Assembly (NCBI GenBank): GCA_963924565.1
Contig: OZ004610.1
Location: 10,664,001 to 10,728,000 of the forward strand
Origin: Ascidiella aspersa
Taxonomy: Eukaryota
Reading direction: 5' to 3'
Length of the DNA: 64,000 bases
Of the stretch, positions 26,575 through 39,965 are shown in pieces (position 1 is the stretch's first letter; every line of letters starts with the position of its first letter). The position numbers and the translations under genes are program-made. Below the pieces are notes generated by a model. The model saw only the letters and a list, made by a program, of their open reading frames with translations. It did no database searches and was not told where the DNA came from.

Positions 26575-29500
26575 ATGGGGTAAGAATTAATTTTGTCAAC
26601 TACAACATCGAACAATATTTTTCTGTAGAGTATGATTTTCTATTTGTATAATTAAATAAACAAGCACCCAAAATATTGTGTGTGAATAACAGTTGTGCCT
26701 AACCAATATTTTTTGCGTTACAAATGTCCAAAGTTTATTTGGTTTTATAGCCAACTGTAGCCACAAACTGAATTGTATGGAGTGTTTTTAAAGGAATAAC
26801 AAAATAGTGTACACATGTGAATGAGTATTGCAAGACTTAAAACAGTTTGGTTAAAATAATTTAGTGCTAAAACTTAATTTAATTTATGCTCAATTAAAAA
26901 CGGTTGGTATGCACTATTTTAAAGTAAAACATGAACATACATAAAAAAATTGCTATGTTATCAACAAAGCCTTGATATCTTTGAAAACCGAATGCAATTT
27001 TTCAACCACACTGTGTTGCTGCCAAAAACTTAAAAATTAGGTTTTTTTTTCTTTATTTTAGTTCAACTACTGTATACGAAAAGTCATTAGATTAATTATA
27101 CACCTGAAGAATGTCATATTATATGTTGATTTCAGTATTTATTTTTTTTATTTGAATTGCAGCTCTAACGTTTTGAAACTTTTTATAGTGACAGCATTTT
27201 GTTTATTTAAAAAAAAAACAAAAAAATTACCAGGATGTTTTTTTTGAAATAACTCATTTTTTTTATAAATTCAAAAACAATATGGCAAACTCTAATTTGT
27301 GAACAAGATACACTCGTTAATTAAATCAAATATTTAGACTCAGCCTTACAATAAAAGTTGTAGATTTCATTTAGTCAAAATAATCATTAATATACAAAAG
27401 TAGGTCTTGTGAATAAAGTACATTAAACTACTGAAACAAAATAATCTGTGACTGTGAATATACATAGTGTTTTTGACATATAGTTTATGGACAAATAGTT
27501 TAGAAACATTAAACCAGTGGTCGGCAAACTTTTTTGTCGCGGCCCAAAGTACTCTTTTCAGAGCTATTGAAGGCCCACTATGTAAAACCACTACAAAAAG
27601 TGTCGGATTCAGAATATTTGTTTTCAAGGTGAGATATAACATGGTGGCTTAGTGCCCAAAACACTGCTATATCAGAATGTAAAACAATCTATGAAACGAA
27701 AAATATATGTGCAAAGCTTGATTTTTTAATATCATACAGTTTAAGTTGGCAAAAATACAGCAGGATCACATTCGGCATGTGGGCCTTTCAAAGCTGAACC
27801 AATTTAAAAAAATTTGCCACACCAACTTTTAACATAAAATGCAATAAATGTACGGCTATCATGCGGCTAACGACTACATTATAACACTAAGCTATTCAAA
27901 AGTAACTCGCGGCCCACTAGAAATGGATCTGCAGGGCACATTTGGGCCGCCGCCCACAGTTTGCCGACCACTGCATTAAACAAACCTTACAACAAAAATG
28001 TTCCATGATAGAATTCAAAGTTGTCCTTCTATTACTTGTAAGTTTATTTTTTCAATGTCATTTAAGCTCTGGTTTTGGGGCAATGCTGTCATTTCTAATG
28101 TATTCAATAGTTAACTGTACTTTAGGTAAAGCAAAGCTTTAAATTCTCAAAATTTGTTCCAATTTAAATAATCTAAATTGAACAAGTTTATAAATCCAGC
28201 CTAGCTTTTTCAAGTTTGGATAAAATAAGTGTCAAATATTGTGAAAGAACTGTTTATTAAAGGTAAACAAAAGTACTGGATATAAAAATATAATATATTG
28301 TTGTTTTAGTGAGGTGCCAATCTATACAAGCAAGGCACATGTTTTCGTTATTGACCCAGTAACAAAGAAGTCCTGGATCCCGGCTAGTAAAGCAGCAGCA
28401 ACGGTCAACTTTTTCTTTGATTCCACCAGAAAATCATATCGTATAATAAGTGTTGAAGGATCAAAGGTATATATTACAATATTTTAAAATTCTATGACAA
28501 CAAGATGTTTTTTTTTATTAAATAAATATATATATATATAAAGGTTGAATGTAAATATATGGGGCTTTGTTTTTTATACAAGTTTTTGTCCACTTTTTTT
28601 CTATGTCTTTAAATTCCATAAAACCAACATTCTTGTTACTATTTAAGTTTAATTCTGCCACATCATATCCAATGATGCTGCTGTGGCATATATGGCAACA
28701 TGAATTATTTATATAGAGCACGTATACTGTTCTGTGCTACATGGCTTCTCCCGATTCTTTCTCCATCTAAGATCAGGCTACTGAACCAAAAAGTAGTACA
28801 TTTATTTAAAGACTGTCACATGAGGGTTTAAAAGTCAAATCTATTTTGTGTAAATAAAAAAAATTCTCTCCCAGGTTATACATAGTTATAAGTACTGAAC
28901 ATTTCTAATAGGTACCAAATTACTGATATATTTCATGGCATATTGTTTAAGTTTAATTTGACTGTTTTGTTTGGGTTGCCTAATATAATCTATATTTCTC
29001 CAGGCCATCATAAATAGCACTATGACAGCTGAAATGGCTTTCACAAAAACCTCTGCAAAATTTGGGCAGTGGGCTGACATCAGAGCAAACACTGTTTATG
29101 GCCTTGGATTTGGTTCCGACATTCTCCTGGCAAAGTTTACAGAGCAGTTTGAAGAAATTCGGTAAGTTGCCAAGCCTGCAAATATTGCTATACAGCATTT
29201 GCATGTGTAATTATTTAACACGATTGTCTGCCATATAACTTGAAGAAATGAAAGGTTGAACTTTTGTCAACATTTTTTGCGCAATGAGAGTTGAATAGAA
29301 GCTAATTTTTGTTAAAAGTGGATCCCATTACAATGACAACAGAATAAAAAAATTTACTCTTTTATGTAGAAGATATATTTATCCAATCAGGCTCCTATCT
29401 TGTGGTTAAAATGTTTTCCTCTGATTATATATTAATTAAACCTAATTTAGAATTGAAATAGTTGTTTATTTTCTTGTTAATTTTACTTTTATACCACAAA

Positions 29501-32500
29501 AAGTCAACAATTTAAAAATATGATTTAGTAAAATTCTAGTCTTGATATATTTAAAAAGGTTTCATAGAGATGTATATTTGTTGAAGTTGGGCCATTAATC
29601 CAATAGCCCCACAGCCACACGGTGACTGGGTTGTTTAGATATTAGGTTGTTCAGTACTCAATGAAATTTGATCAAATATATTTTACTAATTTTAAATGAG
29701 CAATACCCTAAAAGGAACAGCCATGTTTGAAAAGCTAGTTTATGACCACGCATTTTTAATTTGAGCTTGTCAATATGCAACCTACTTGTAATGCACCAAT
29801 AGTCTGCAGGTAAAATCAATACTTCCAATTATCACGGCTGCCACACATACACCGTCTGCCTTGTGTTGTACAGGCCAATTTCGCAATGTCGCCACTCTGC
29901 CAACCATAATTAGTTGTGTTTGTTTTTTCACGATCCGCCTTTATGTTTAATTCATGCAACTTGCAGAGACAGGGCGAGAGACTTCCAGGAGCGCACTGAA
30001 ATTAAACCTGCCAGCAACGGATTATCAGAGGGAGAATCGGACAAGCAAAGGACAAACAACATAAATGAGGTGCGGCCCGTTTTTAATTGTCTTCCACACT
30101 TTTTAATTATTTACTTGTAGGATGTACATAGGTGTGGAATTAAAAATTAGCAATTTGTGTATATTTAATGCTTTTAAACTTCTTTCCCAAAACAATAGTC
30201 ATCTCCAAAATAAATTAGAAAACTTTTACTAATAACTTATTTTAATAAAAAAAACTTTGAACCATGTAAGTGTATAGAATTAAATGCTTTTTTTTGTGAC
30301 AAAAAATGTAACGTTTTAAGCAGCAAGTGTTTGCTGCACCATATTTTGTCAACAACAACCTAAATGTTATTTTGATGTTTTTTGTCTGTGTTACCAAGCG
30401 CAAGTGATTGTCTGCCTCTCTTCAAAGCAAGTTAAGTGGTTAGTCATGTTTTGGTATCAGTATGGCGCTCTGCAAGGCTATAGTGCACAGCGGCATTCTC
30501 CTTGCCCAGAATCAATATTATTGACAGAAGGGATTTGCACTAGGGAAATGAAGCCCTACAATGTGAAAAGAATTGCATTGCTGCCTTGTGGCATGCCCAC
30601 GGTTTTCCTCATGAAGACAGTAGAGATAAAGTTCAATGCACAATTAATTATGTATTATGACCAACCTCACTGAATTAAATTACATGTGATGAATGATTTA
30701 TGGCTAACAAGGTGGAACAACAATTTTTTTACCCCAACAAGGAATTTTAATAGTTTTGAGTGATTTAGTTGTTAATATAGATGCCAAACAATTTATTTTA
30801 AACAATTTATTTTTCTTTGAACCTACAATAATTTTAGGTGTTTGAAAGAAATATTAAAACCATACAGTTATATAGTTTTGGCTTATTCCCCATATATGTT
30901 GTTTGTTTAATTTTTCCTGCGATTTAAAGGGCATTTACCTTTGGATTTTCGAGTAACATTAAATTCTGTTTTTGTTTTTCAGGATATTAACAGCAACAGA
31001 GAAGGGGAGGAGGAGTTGTTCAGTTCGGCTTCTGACGAGAGTCGAAACACCTTTCTCAGCTCTGAGTTGAGGAACCTGCGCCTTCAGAATGACAGACTTA
31101 AGCTTGCCGTCACCCAGAGGTAAACTCACAGCCAATCAGGCCGGCCACTTTTCCGCCTGACTGCCAACAAAAGAGGGTGTTGTCATGATTCCCCCAATAT
31201 TGTCCAATACTATCCCAAGATAAAATATGTATGCCTGGTATAAGTGATTGCAAAATTGATTAAATGCCTGGAATTTGTTGGGTCCATTCTCATCATTATG
31301 GTAGAGTATGTTAGTTTCCTGTCACTGAGTATTAATTGCGGTTAATTCATTGGTATGCCACACTCAACCACAAATTGAGAAATTATTAAACTCTTTCCTG
31401 TGACCACCTATTAACTATAGTAATTTTGGTTGTTGTTAATATAGCATTGTCATCAAAACACACTACATGGTTAGTTGGTATTTTAAAGTAATAACGAAAA
31501 TCCTAATTTTTTATGTCACGTTATGTGCTTTATTAGTTCAGCGAGTTCGAAGAAGTGGGAAACGGAGTTGCAAGCGCTTAAAAACACCAACACACGCCTG
31601 ACCACTGCCTTGCAGGAGTCCATGTCGAATGTAGACCAATGGCACCGGCAGCTTGCCATGTACAAAGACGAAAATGAAAAGTTAAAAAAACAGGTAGGAT
31701 TAATAGTATGTTTACGTTTGTTTTGTTTTTTGTTTTTAAAATATTCTTTTTGACTTTTGTTGGATGGATAAGCAATGTTACCAAGCCATGATTTTTTTAG
31801 TTTCTTCTACGGTATTTTTGCATAAATGTAATTCTGTACAATATTACTATTAGTCTAACAACCGTTTTAAAATGGTGGGTGCTATGCGAAACTAATTTTC
31901 CATTAGACGCCATTCGGTCGGAAGTGTTACAGGTGTTTTTACAAGCGTCCAATGAAGCGTAAATGTTTCCTGGTTACTTTTACCTGCTGAATAGAGAATA
32001 TATCCCTTTCCCTAATTAGCTTTGTTTTGACAACGAGCCATTAGCAATTGTGACATTTTTTTTTTCGATCAACAGATTTTATCTTTCGGGGGTTTTTAAA
32101 CTTACCGTGTCGCAAATAAAAAAACTATTATTGCCGAATCTTTAGTTGTTGAAGGTAAAATACATTGGTAATCCTAATTTGAATGTTGCTGGATTTTCTT
32201 CAGTTTTCAGTTAACACACCACAACAAGAGTCTTTGCGTCATTGTGCGTAATTAGCAGCTCTTTTGTTGTTCTTGTTAAACAGCGGAAAGTGTGACATAA
32301 GGGCCCTCGAATAGCTCTCTATTTTTGTTCAATTTCTGCTGGTCATCGCAACGAAACCCAGTGCAACACTACTTGGATACTCTTGTATTAACCTGTCTGA
32401 ATATTTAAATATCGCAAAAGAATATTTTTTTTATCTAAAGTTGGATTGTTTTATCCGTCATTCTTTTCGAAATTTGGGTCACTAAATTGTGCGAGTTACG

Positions 32501-35500
32501 CCAGATTATTAATTTTCGATTGAAACAATTATGTTTGAAAGTGGTTCCCAACCTTTCAACTTTTTCGAAACCTTACTAGACCGATCGATTATGTTGCATC
32601 AAACAGAAACCAGAGCCAATTAGGTTAAAACAGAGTTCTGTTAACTTCTTTAACGTGGATGACTAAAAAAATAGGTTTTTACGAACCAGGTGCCTAATTT
32701 TCTACAGATAACGCCCTGAATAAACGTCATAGAAACAAAACTACAACTTGCTGGTTTCGTCCAACAGGTGTGAAACTAAAGTCGAATCTCTTTTAAGAAG
32801 TCGTCTAAGAACCCATGGATTAGAATCACGTTAAATCAGCAAAACATTCACATTTTAAGACGAATTGTTTCAAAATTTGAGTAGAATGTCCGTGGTTATG
32901 CCAAAAGTATGCGCATTAAGCTACTTTCTTAACTTTCGCTTAAACCCTCAAATCGCGTTATTACGATTTTTGAATACATTGAACAAAATATATTGTCGCT
33001 CGGTCATTAATTAAATTATTGTACCATTAATTGAAAATAAGCTTAGTGGTGACGTCATTAACACGATTGCTTTACTGAGGTAAACGTGACAAATAAAATC
33101 GTAGACTGACGGATGTTTGGCTTCTGCTAATTTTTAGTTTATATCGTTCTTATTGAAGTCAATTTTCCTTTCAGCAAATATACATGGCGACCCCCAGGTT
33201 GGGAACCACTGATCTATAGAAAATTCATTTTAAATCGCACCAATTCAACCTAAAACTAAAAATAGTGTAAAACAGATCGAAAGTGTTGTACAAAAGAAAA
33301 GGGACTTTTATTAGGAATAAATTTACTATTTGTTGGGGTAATTTCGTTCGAAGCTGGTTGTTGCAAGAACTCGTACATGTCAGTTTAGGGCAGGCGCTTA
33401 GCATTTTTTACTTGGCCATCTCAAATTTAAAATGTTCAATTCCTGAAAATTGCCTACGTAAACGGGCAACGCGTTAAAAAGAGGTTTGCGTTAGCAGACA
33501 TTGTATTCCGTTAAATCCAGTGTTTCTCAACCCATGGGCCTCGACCCAAAATTCGGTCGCCCTTTAATTTGTTGGGTTGCCCAATGCAGTAATCCAAATT
33601 GTTAGATTTATTCTGATTTATTCTGAGCAAGGTTTTACTAAAACCCAAGTACTATTCACTTATTGCGTTTTGTTCACATTAGTTTAGCGAGGAGATCGGG
33701 GTCGACAAAGCTTTAATCGTTAGTATTGCTTATTTTATTTCTAACCTGAATTTCTTTTTACCTTCAGGATCACTTATTTCAATAGCCATTTTATGTTGTT
33801 TGGTTAATCCTTCACTGCTATGTTCGCATTTTAGCGACAACTTAACTAAAGTAAAGTTATGCTTAGTGCTTAAGTCGCCGCTAACTAAATTCAGAAACGC
33901 TAGTTCAAGGTCTGCGAAGATCAGCGCTAACGTCTAACCAAGTGATCGGCAAACTGTGGGCCGAGAGCTAATTTTGAATAGTTTAGTGTTACCATGTAGT
34001 TGTTTGCCGCGTAATAGCCGTACATTCATTGCAGTGTATTTTAAAAGTTGATATGGCTAAGAATTATATTGTCTCAACGTGGTTCAGGCCCGTGTGCCAA
34101 ATGTGGCCCTGAGAGTGCCTGTCAAACTATATTTTTTTGGCCAACCGTAACTATGAGAAAAACAGGTGTTTCTATGAACAATTGTTTTATGACTAAGGTT
34201 TGTGACGTCATTCTAAAGCTTCCAACTCAAAACAAATACCCTGGTTCCGCCCCTGTTTTCGTAGTGGTTTTATGTAGTGGGCCGTCGGAATAGAGCTCTT
34301 TGGGCCGCAACCAAAAAAGTTGACTATTGGTCTAACCGAGCGCTTCCTAAAATATTTTCACCGCGTAAGTCTAATGGAGTCTACATTTAATACAAAACCG
34401 CTTTATATTTAATTAAGATTATTTTAAAAGTTGATTACTTCTTAAATATGCACTCATAATTATTTCAATTAGGACCCCCTAAAACTAGTTCACGGACCCG
34501 TAAGAGGCCCATGGACCCCAGTTTAAGATCCCTCAGGGTCTAACCGAAACCGAACTGTCGCTCTCTTCCAGCTGAGCGAGGTGCAGGCTGAAAAGTCGAA
34601 AGACGGCGATCTGCTGGATCAGCTCGACGATATGAAGAAGCGCCTCGAGATGCTGCATCGCGAGAACTCGGACAAGTCACAGGAGTGCAACATGCTCCAG
34701 CAGCGCGTCGGCGTGCTCACCGTCATCGAGCGACAGCACAACGAGTGCACCGCCAAAATTAAGGTGCGCAACGGTGCTGTTCTTTTAAACCAGACGTTCT
34801 CATCCGGGTGTCTGGGCACCCCGAGGTACCATTTCTAATGCTCAATGGTGCCGAGAGATATTTGAAAATCTTTAAGAATCTGATTTTGGCCTAATTTTTA
34901 CAATTTTTATGTAAAGATTAGAGTGAAATAAATCCTATTATAATTTCCTACCTTGTGTAGAGTTGATGTGTGTTGTTCCAGTTCCATTTATTGGGACATT
35001 CTAGTAGGAATTAGAAAGCGTTTTATGGCTTGCGGCACCCCTCAGAAATAATAAATGGATTACGGCACCCCTACAAGATTTTTCCGTAGGTAATTCACTA
35101 GAATGTCGCAATAAACGAAATTTAAACAACACACATCAACCCTACACAAAGTAGGAAGTTTTAATTGGATTTATTCCACTCTACTAATTCTGCACAAAAA
35201 GTTGTAAGAGTTGAGCAAAAAACAGATTCTTAAAGATTTTTATATATTTTCCGGCATCCTCGGGTATTAGAAATGGCACCCCGGTTGAGAACCACTGGCC
35301 TAAAGGTAAATCCGGCACTGCTCGGCGCCCGCTTTTATCGTTTGATTAAGTGCAGCGTGTGAGCTCAGTGCGCTTCCTAGGCAGCCCGAACAATTTTGTA
35401 AACCTATATTTGATAAAATAGTTGGATATAAAAACTAAATTATTGTTTAGTTGTGATAATATGTGTATTGTGTGGGTTATTAACATAAAAAACTTAAACA

Positions 35501-38500
35501 TTTAAAACCGGTATTTTCGTTGTCAAAACAGCGTGTTGTCATTAGGGATGCTCAAAGTAGAATATCGAATCCAATTCTGCCGTTTATTTCGGGTAATTGG
35601 AACCGATATAATTTAATGTTTTACCGCCGATTGTTGCGCCTAATTGCACAAACGCGTGTGGTAAGTTGGCCTGTCGCTGCGGCGACCAATTTACAGTGCT
35701 TGCTTTAAATGTAACCTGGTAGTGCAGTGTCAGCGTTTTTTCGGGCGACCAATTACCGCGTCTCGCGATAACGTTCGTCTAATAATTAGGTGTCAATCCA
35801 GCGTTATTGGGCGAGCGGCTAACGTGTAATGTCTGGTGTGCAGTTCGCAATTTAAAATGCGTTAAGTTGCAAAAGTAACATTACGTTGTAAAACGTGCTG
35901 GCCGTCCACAAAATGCACTATGGGGCTACTTAAGGTCAACTTTAGGCCAATATTCAGGGAAGTTAAGCAGTTATGCACAACGTAATTGTCAAGAATTCGT
36001 TATGTCAATAATAACTTTGTATTCTTTGGAGTACATCATTTGACTGCATAACAGATCATGTCAGTCAAAAAAGAAGCAATAAGACTTAACAATGCTTTCA
36101 AAATCAGGACCGAATTGCTTAAGACTTATGTGTGCAGTGTTGCATTTGCTCACTTTTGGCAAAAATATAAGTTTTGGACACAACCTGGATAGTTGACATA
36201 TTACAGTTTGCAAAACGGCTTCAGATGACAGTTGTTAAGAATGTTAAACATATGAGTTTTTTATTATAATGTACACATGTTAGAAAATTGTTTGGGCGAT
36301 TTATTGCTGTGATTGTAGGCCCTGTGGGGTAGATTAAGATTAATCCCTTCCCCAAACAAAACCAAGGTTAGATAATTTAATAAAAATATACTAGGATTCG
36401 CTATTCTGGATTCGTTATTCTAGATTCGAAACCTATTATTCTAGAATACCTTGGGATTCTACTTTGAACATCCCTAGTTGTCATTTCAATTTTTTACCAG
36501 TTTAACAAACCTCCAGATCATTTTTCTAAAGCAGTGAATGCTCAAATGCATTGGCAAATGCCCAGTAAAAATGAGTCAGGTAAAAAAAAGATGAACCAGG
36601 CTCGCAGAATCTTGCAACCTTTCTGGTAACAAGCATTTTCGGTCCTAAATCTTCGTTTTTTGTCACGTCCTTTAAGTTAAATGCTATGTTCGCCTTAATG
36701 TATAAACCTCGCCATGAGTGGTCCTGCAATGTCACATATATATTTGGTCTATTTATCTTGAATTGTGATTATCTCGACCGATGAATAGAGTACGTCGACA
36801 GTTTAATAAAAACGTTATTCCAATCAAACTAAATCTGCTAACACACTACAAGATCAATTTTAGGCAGTTTTTATCATTATAATATACACTTAATATGTTT
36901 ATAACTGGAGGTGTTCCCACTAAGCAATGCGCTTCACACTTAAATAACTTTTCTTTATTTCATAAACTTTGTCTCGTGTTTGTTTAACATCAAGTTTTGT
37001 ACAAACTATATTTTCTTGACGTCGAAAATAAAATTATTCCTCTTGTAAATATCCGTATACTTCAAATAAACTGGACCAATATATCTATCGAGATATACGG
37101 CTTGCGGACATTGTGTCGCAAAACCGTGCATTTGTGTCCAATTTTTCTTCAAAAGGGTGAACATTGGCCAGCGTTTTATTTTTAATATTATTGTTTTCAT
37201 CAAGTGCGTGTATCGTCATTGAGTAGTCATAAAATTCGAGACCAACTGGCAGCGATGGTTTTATGCGGTTCCACGATTGACTCGCGTTCCGAGATTATTA
37301 TGCTCCAATGTTCACATTGCGAGGTCGCCTTAATCTACGGGTCAGATATTACTAGACGCCAATTTAAGCGATACACTTTATTATGCGAAAAAAAATGCCT
37401 GTCCTAACAGGCTGCTGCTACTGTCCCTATCGTTCACGGTACTCTTGTTTAGTTGTCAAATTTCTTAACATTTAAACACGGCCAGTTTTTTTTACCCTTG
37501 TTTTAAAAAATCGACTTTTTATGTTTATAAGTAGTTTACACTCCCCAAGGTGCATTATAAATTTGCATTAACTTCCCAACCTGTCTACAATCATATTGTA
37601 TCAAATTTGGCGACTCTTCGAACAAGTTTTTTTCTTACTCGCTAATTCGTCGAACAGTTTTTTATTCTTACTCGCTAAAATATGCCTCTATTTTTGCAGC
37701 GCTAATAGCATAGTCACGCCGCCTTTAAACCACAACCGTATAGGCTACACACTTACCGTCTAGCAAGCTCCCGTCTACACTGCATTAATTATACATGTTT
37801 TGTTTGGGATGCTGACCCAGGCCTGCCGATGCCAACAGTAATTCTGTTACGTTCTCAACAGACCTATCGACACGCAGCATGTAGAATAGAAAAGCAAATT
37901 ATGATCTGTTGTTGCCCAGAGTGGGGTGCAAATCCTGCTTTTTGGTATGACTTGACAGTACCGCATCACCAGTTATATGTCTGCTTACTAATTACCGGTT
38001 ATGGTTATAGCAGCAACCCGACATTTTGTTTGTGGTGTTATTTTAACCTAATTCTCCATTTATAAAACCATATATTTTTTTTCAGTTCAATTTTAGACCG
38101 AAAGTGTTCAACGATGCATTTTAAATTTAATATTTTCTTGACAATTTAAAAAAACAACGTTAACTTCAGTCTGGGACTGACGGTCGTGTTTAAAAATCCT
38201 TGTTTTTGAAACGCTGCTTGACCATCTGTTGCGTTGTTGTAAGGCATATTTGGCACTGGCAGTCCATGCTAAAAAAGTGCTTCAAATTATCATGGTTGTA
38301 TTAGTCAAAACTATAGCAAGGAAAATCGTTGCCCTATACTTTATGTAAAATCCTAAATAAATATATTGTAGTGTTTGAATTAGCGTGGGGGTAAAATAGT
38401 TAAGGTTTCCGCGCTCTTTCCTATAAAAAGACCACTGAAACACTGAAATGACCTCCAAAAGAACATAAGGAGGGTCAAAGAGTTTCAGTATATGTTAGTC

Positions 38501-38732
38501 TGGCGAATCGTTACGAGTTCCAAACTCTTAAGTTTCCCCCACCTTCTTACAGAAATCGTACGACGAGCTGCAACACGCCAAGGAGAGGGCAGCCGCGTTG
38601 GACGAGCGGCTAGTGGACGCGTCGCGTGACAAGAGCAGGCGCCAGCTGGACGCACAGCAGCTGCTGTCGGAGCTGGCAGGTTACCTTACCGACATCACCG
38701 CCGTTACACAGAAGCTTCAGAGCACTCTATGA
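26575..38732 (+). CDS. HOMER: Homer scaffold protein (EVH1 domain plus coiled coil), 362 aa, 8 exons
   Basis: Exons 26575-26579 (ATG GG|gtaaga), 28310-28466, 29004-29161, 29967-30069, 30983-31119, 31537-31693, 34572-34763, 38553-38732. EVH1 [28 protein letters not shown]...[24 protein letters not shown]; coiled coil [24 protein letters not shown]. Confidence 0.95.
27515..27973. mobile_element. Intact hAT (Buster/Charlie-type) MITE, 459 bp, HOMER intron 1
   Basis: Perfect 16-bp TIR CAGTGGTCGGCAAACT and exact 8-bp TSD CATTAAAC on both sides. Confidence 0.92.
32539..33211. mobile_element. Degenerate or composite hAT MITE in HOMER intron 6
   Basis: AGTGGTTCCCAACC ... GGTTGGGAACCACTG; TSD not matched. 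Confidence 0.45.
33518..33902. mobile_element. Degenerate hAT MITE in HOMER intron 6
   Basis: CAGTGTTTCTCAACC start with GGTCGCC/CGACCC subterminal motifs; decayed right end AGAAACGCTA. Confidence 0.45.
33940..34329. mobile_element. hAT MITE related to 27515-27973, in the opposite orientation
   Basis: Exact TSD GTCTAACC (33932-33939 and 34330-34337); left end AGTGATCGGCAAACTGTGGG; right part GTAGTGGTTTTATGTAGTGGGCC is the reverse complement of 27572-27594. Confidence 0.8.
34791..35297. mobile_element. Fold-back element: two inverted copies of the 1397-1687 MITE family, HOMER intron 7
   Basis: Arms ~34791-35010 and ~35090-35297 are reverse complements, e.g. CTACCTTGTGTAGAGTTGATGTGTGTTGTT vs AACAACACACATCAACCCTACACAAAGTAG. 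Confidence 0.8.
35543..36476. mobile_element. Non-autonomous hAT (Ac-type) element, 934 bp, HOMER intron 7
   Basis: 21-bp TIR TAGGGATG(C/T)TCAAAGTAGAAT with one mismatch; exact TSD GTTGTCAT; subterminal GGATTCG.TATTCT repeats. Confidence 0.92.
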
Positions 38733-39965
38733 ACGAAGCGCAGCCGCTTCCAACGCAACACCGAAGCCAGACGGCCTTTACGTAATTTTTGCTTGATCTC
38801 TCTTTTTCGCCGCCACGTGGTGCTCTCGATTTCTGTTGCAGTAAAATGATTGTTGAGGTTCGATCTCCGAGATTACTTAGCCATCCAGTTTCTTAGTTAA
38901 CCTAAGGGTGGCGTGCTACTTTTTTACCTTTGCCCGTGCCATTTTCGCTGCCCGGCGTTATGACGGGCGTGATGTGATCGAACAACGTCATGCTATTCAT
39001 GTATCAAGTAGACTAGCGATTTTATTTTGCAATAGCCGTCGTTTATTTACTGTACAGCCATCGTTTCAAGTGCTCGCGCATTGTTTTGTATTCCTTTTTT
39101 TATAAAGTCACTCGTAATTTCGCGATCAACCCCGTTACTGCTTTTCGCAATACAGACCAGCTGTCTTTGTAGTATATCTTCAGGATTTATCCTATGTTAT
39201 ATTTTAACAATATTCATGTGCGCGTGTTTTTTATTGAAGGCCACTTGTTCGTGCCCCGTAACCTTCCTGTTCTACCAGTGCTGCACTAACTATTTTATTT
39301 GCTCATTTTATCCATTGCAATTTCTTCAAACACTGCCCGCTTTTTCGTTGCTCGCCCAGTCTTTCGATGCTGCCAATTTTACCTACTGTAGCACAGAAAA
39401 AAAAAGAATTCCTTGCCGTCGCTTCAACTGCTTTTAGATAAAAATGCTGTTCAACGTGATGCTAGCAACTCGTTCTCTTCACATTATTATTTACTCGCAC
39501 TTTTGTATTCTATCCGTTTTGTTTTGTGCCATCTTCCAAGCCTCATCATCAACATTTCTTTCTTTTTTTGAAGCACCCCTCGTTTTAGTTTTAAATGTAG
39601 TCCCTTCGCCAATAAGTAATCATTGAAAATTATTTTTTTTAAATCCTGAAATTATAAATACTAAATAAATTTTAGATTGTTATTTTGGTTACCACAGATT
39701 ATTAATTTAAATCGCATGCTATTTTATGGAAATGTCTTTTAATTTGCTGTTCATCAAGTAATAAATATTTTACTTAAGATCAACAAAAAAATGTTTTTGC
39801 CGTTAGACACCTCGGTTTAATGCGGATAGATTGCAAGATTACACGTACACGTACATGCGGACTTTTCTTGTTTGGCACCATAACAAGCGTTTCGAATGCA
39901 TATCAAGGAAACAAACGTACATTTTTTTTCAGTGTATTATGGGGGAAAAGGCAAAAAACAACAAA

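Noticed and set aside
38908-39626. ORFs downstream of HOMER
   Set aside because: T-rich, no motifs; best read as the HOMER 3' UTR (AATAAA at ~39664 and ~39760).
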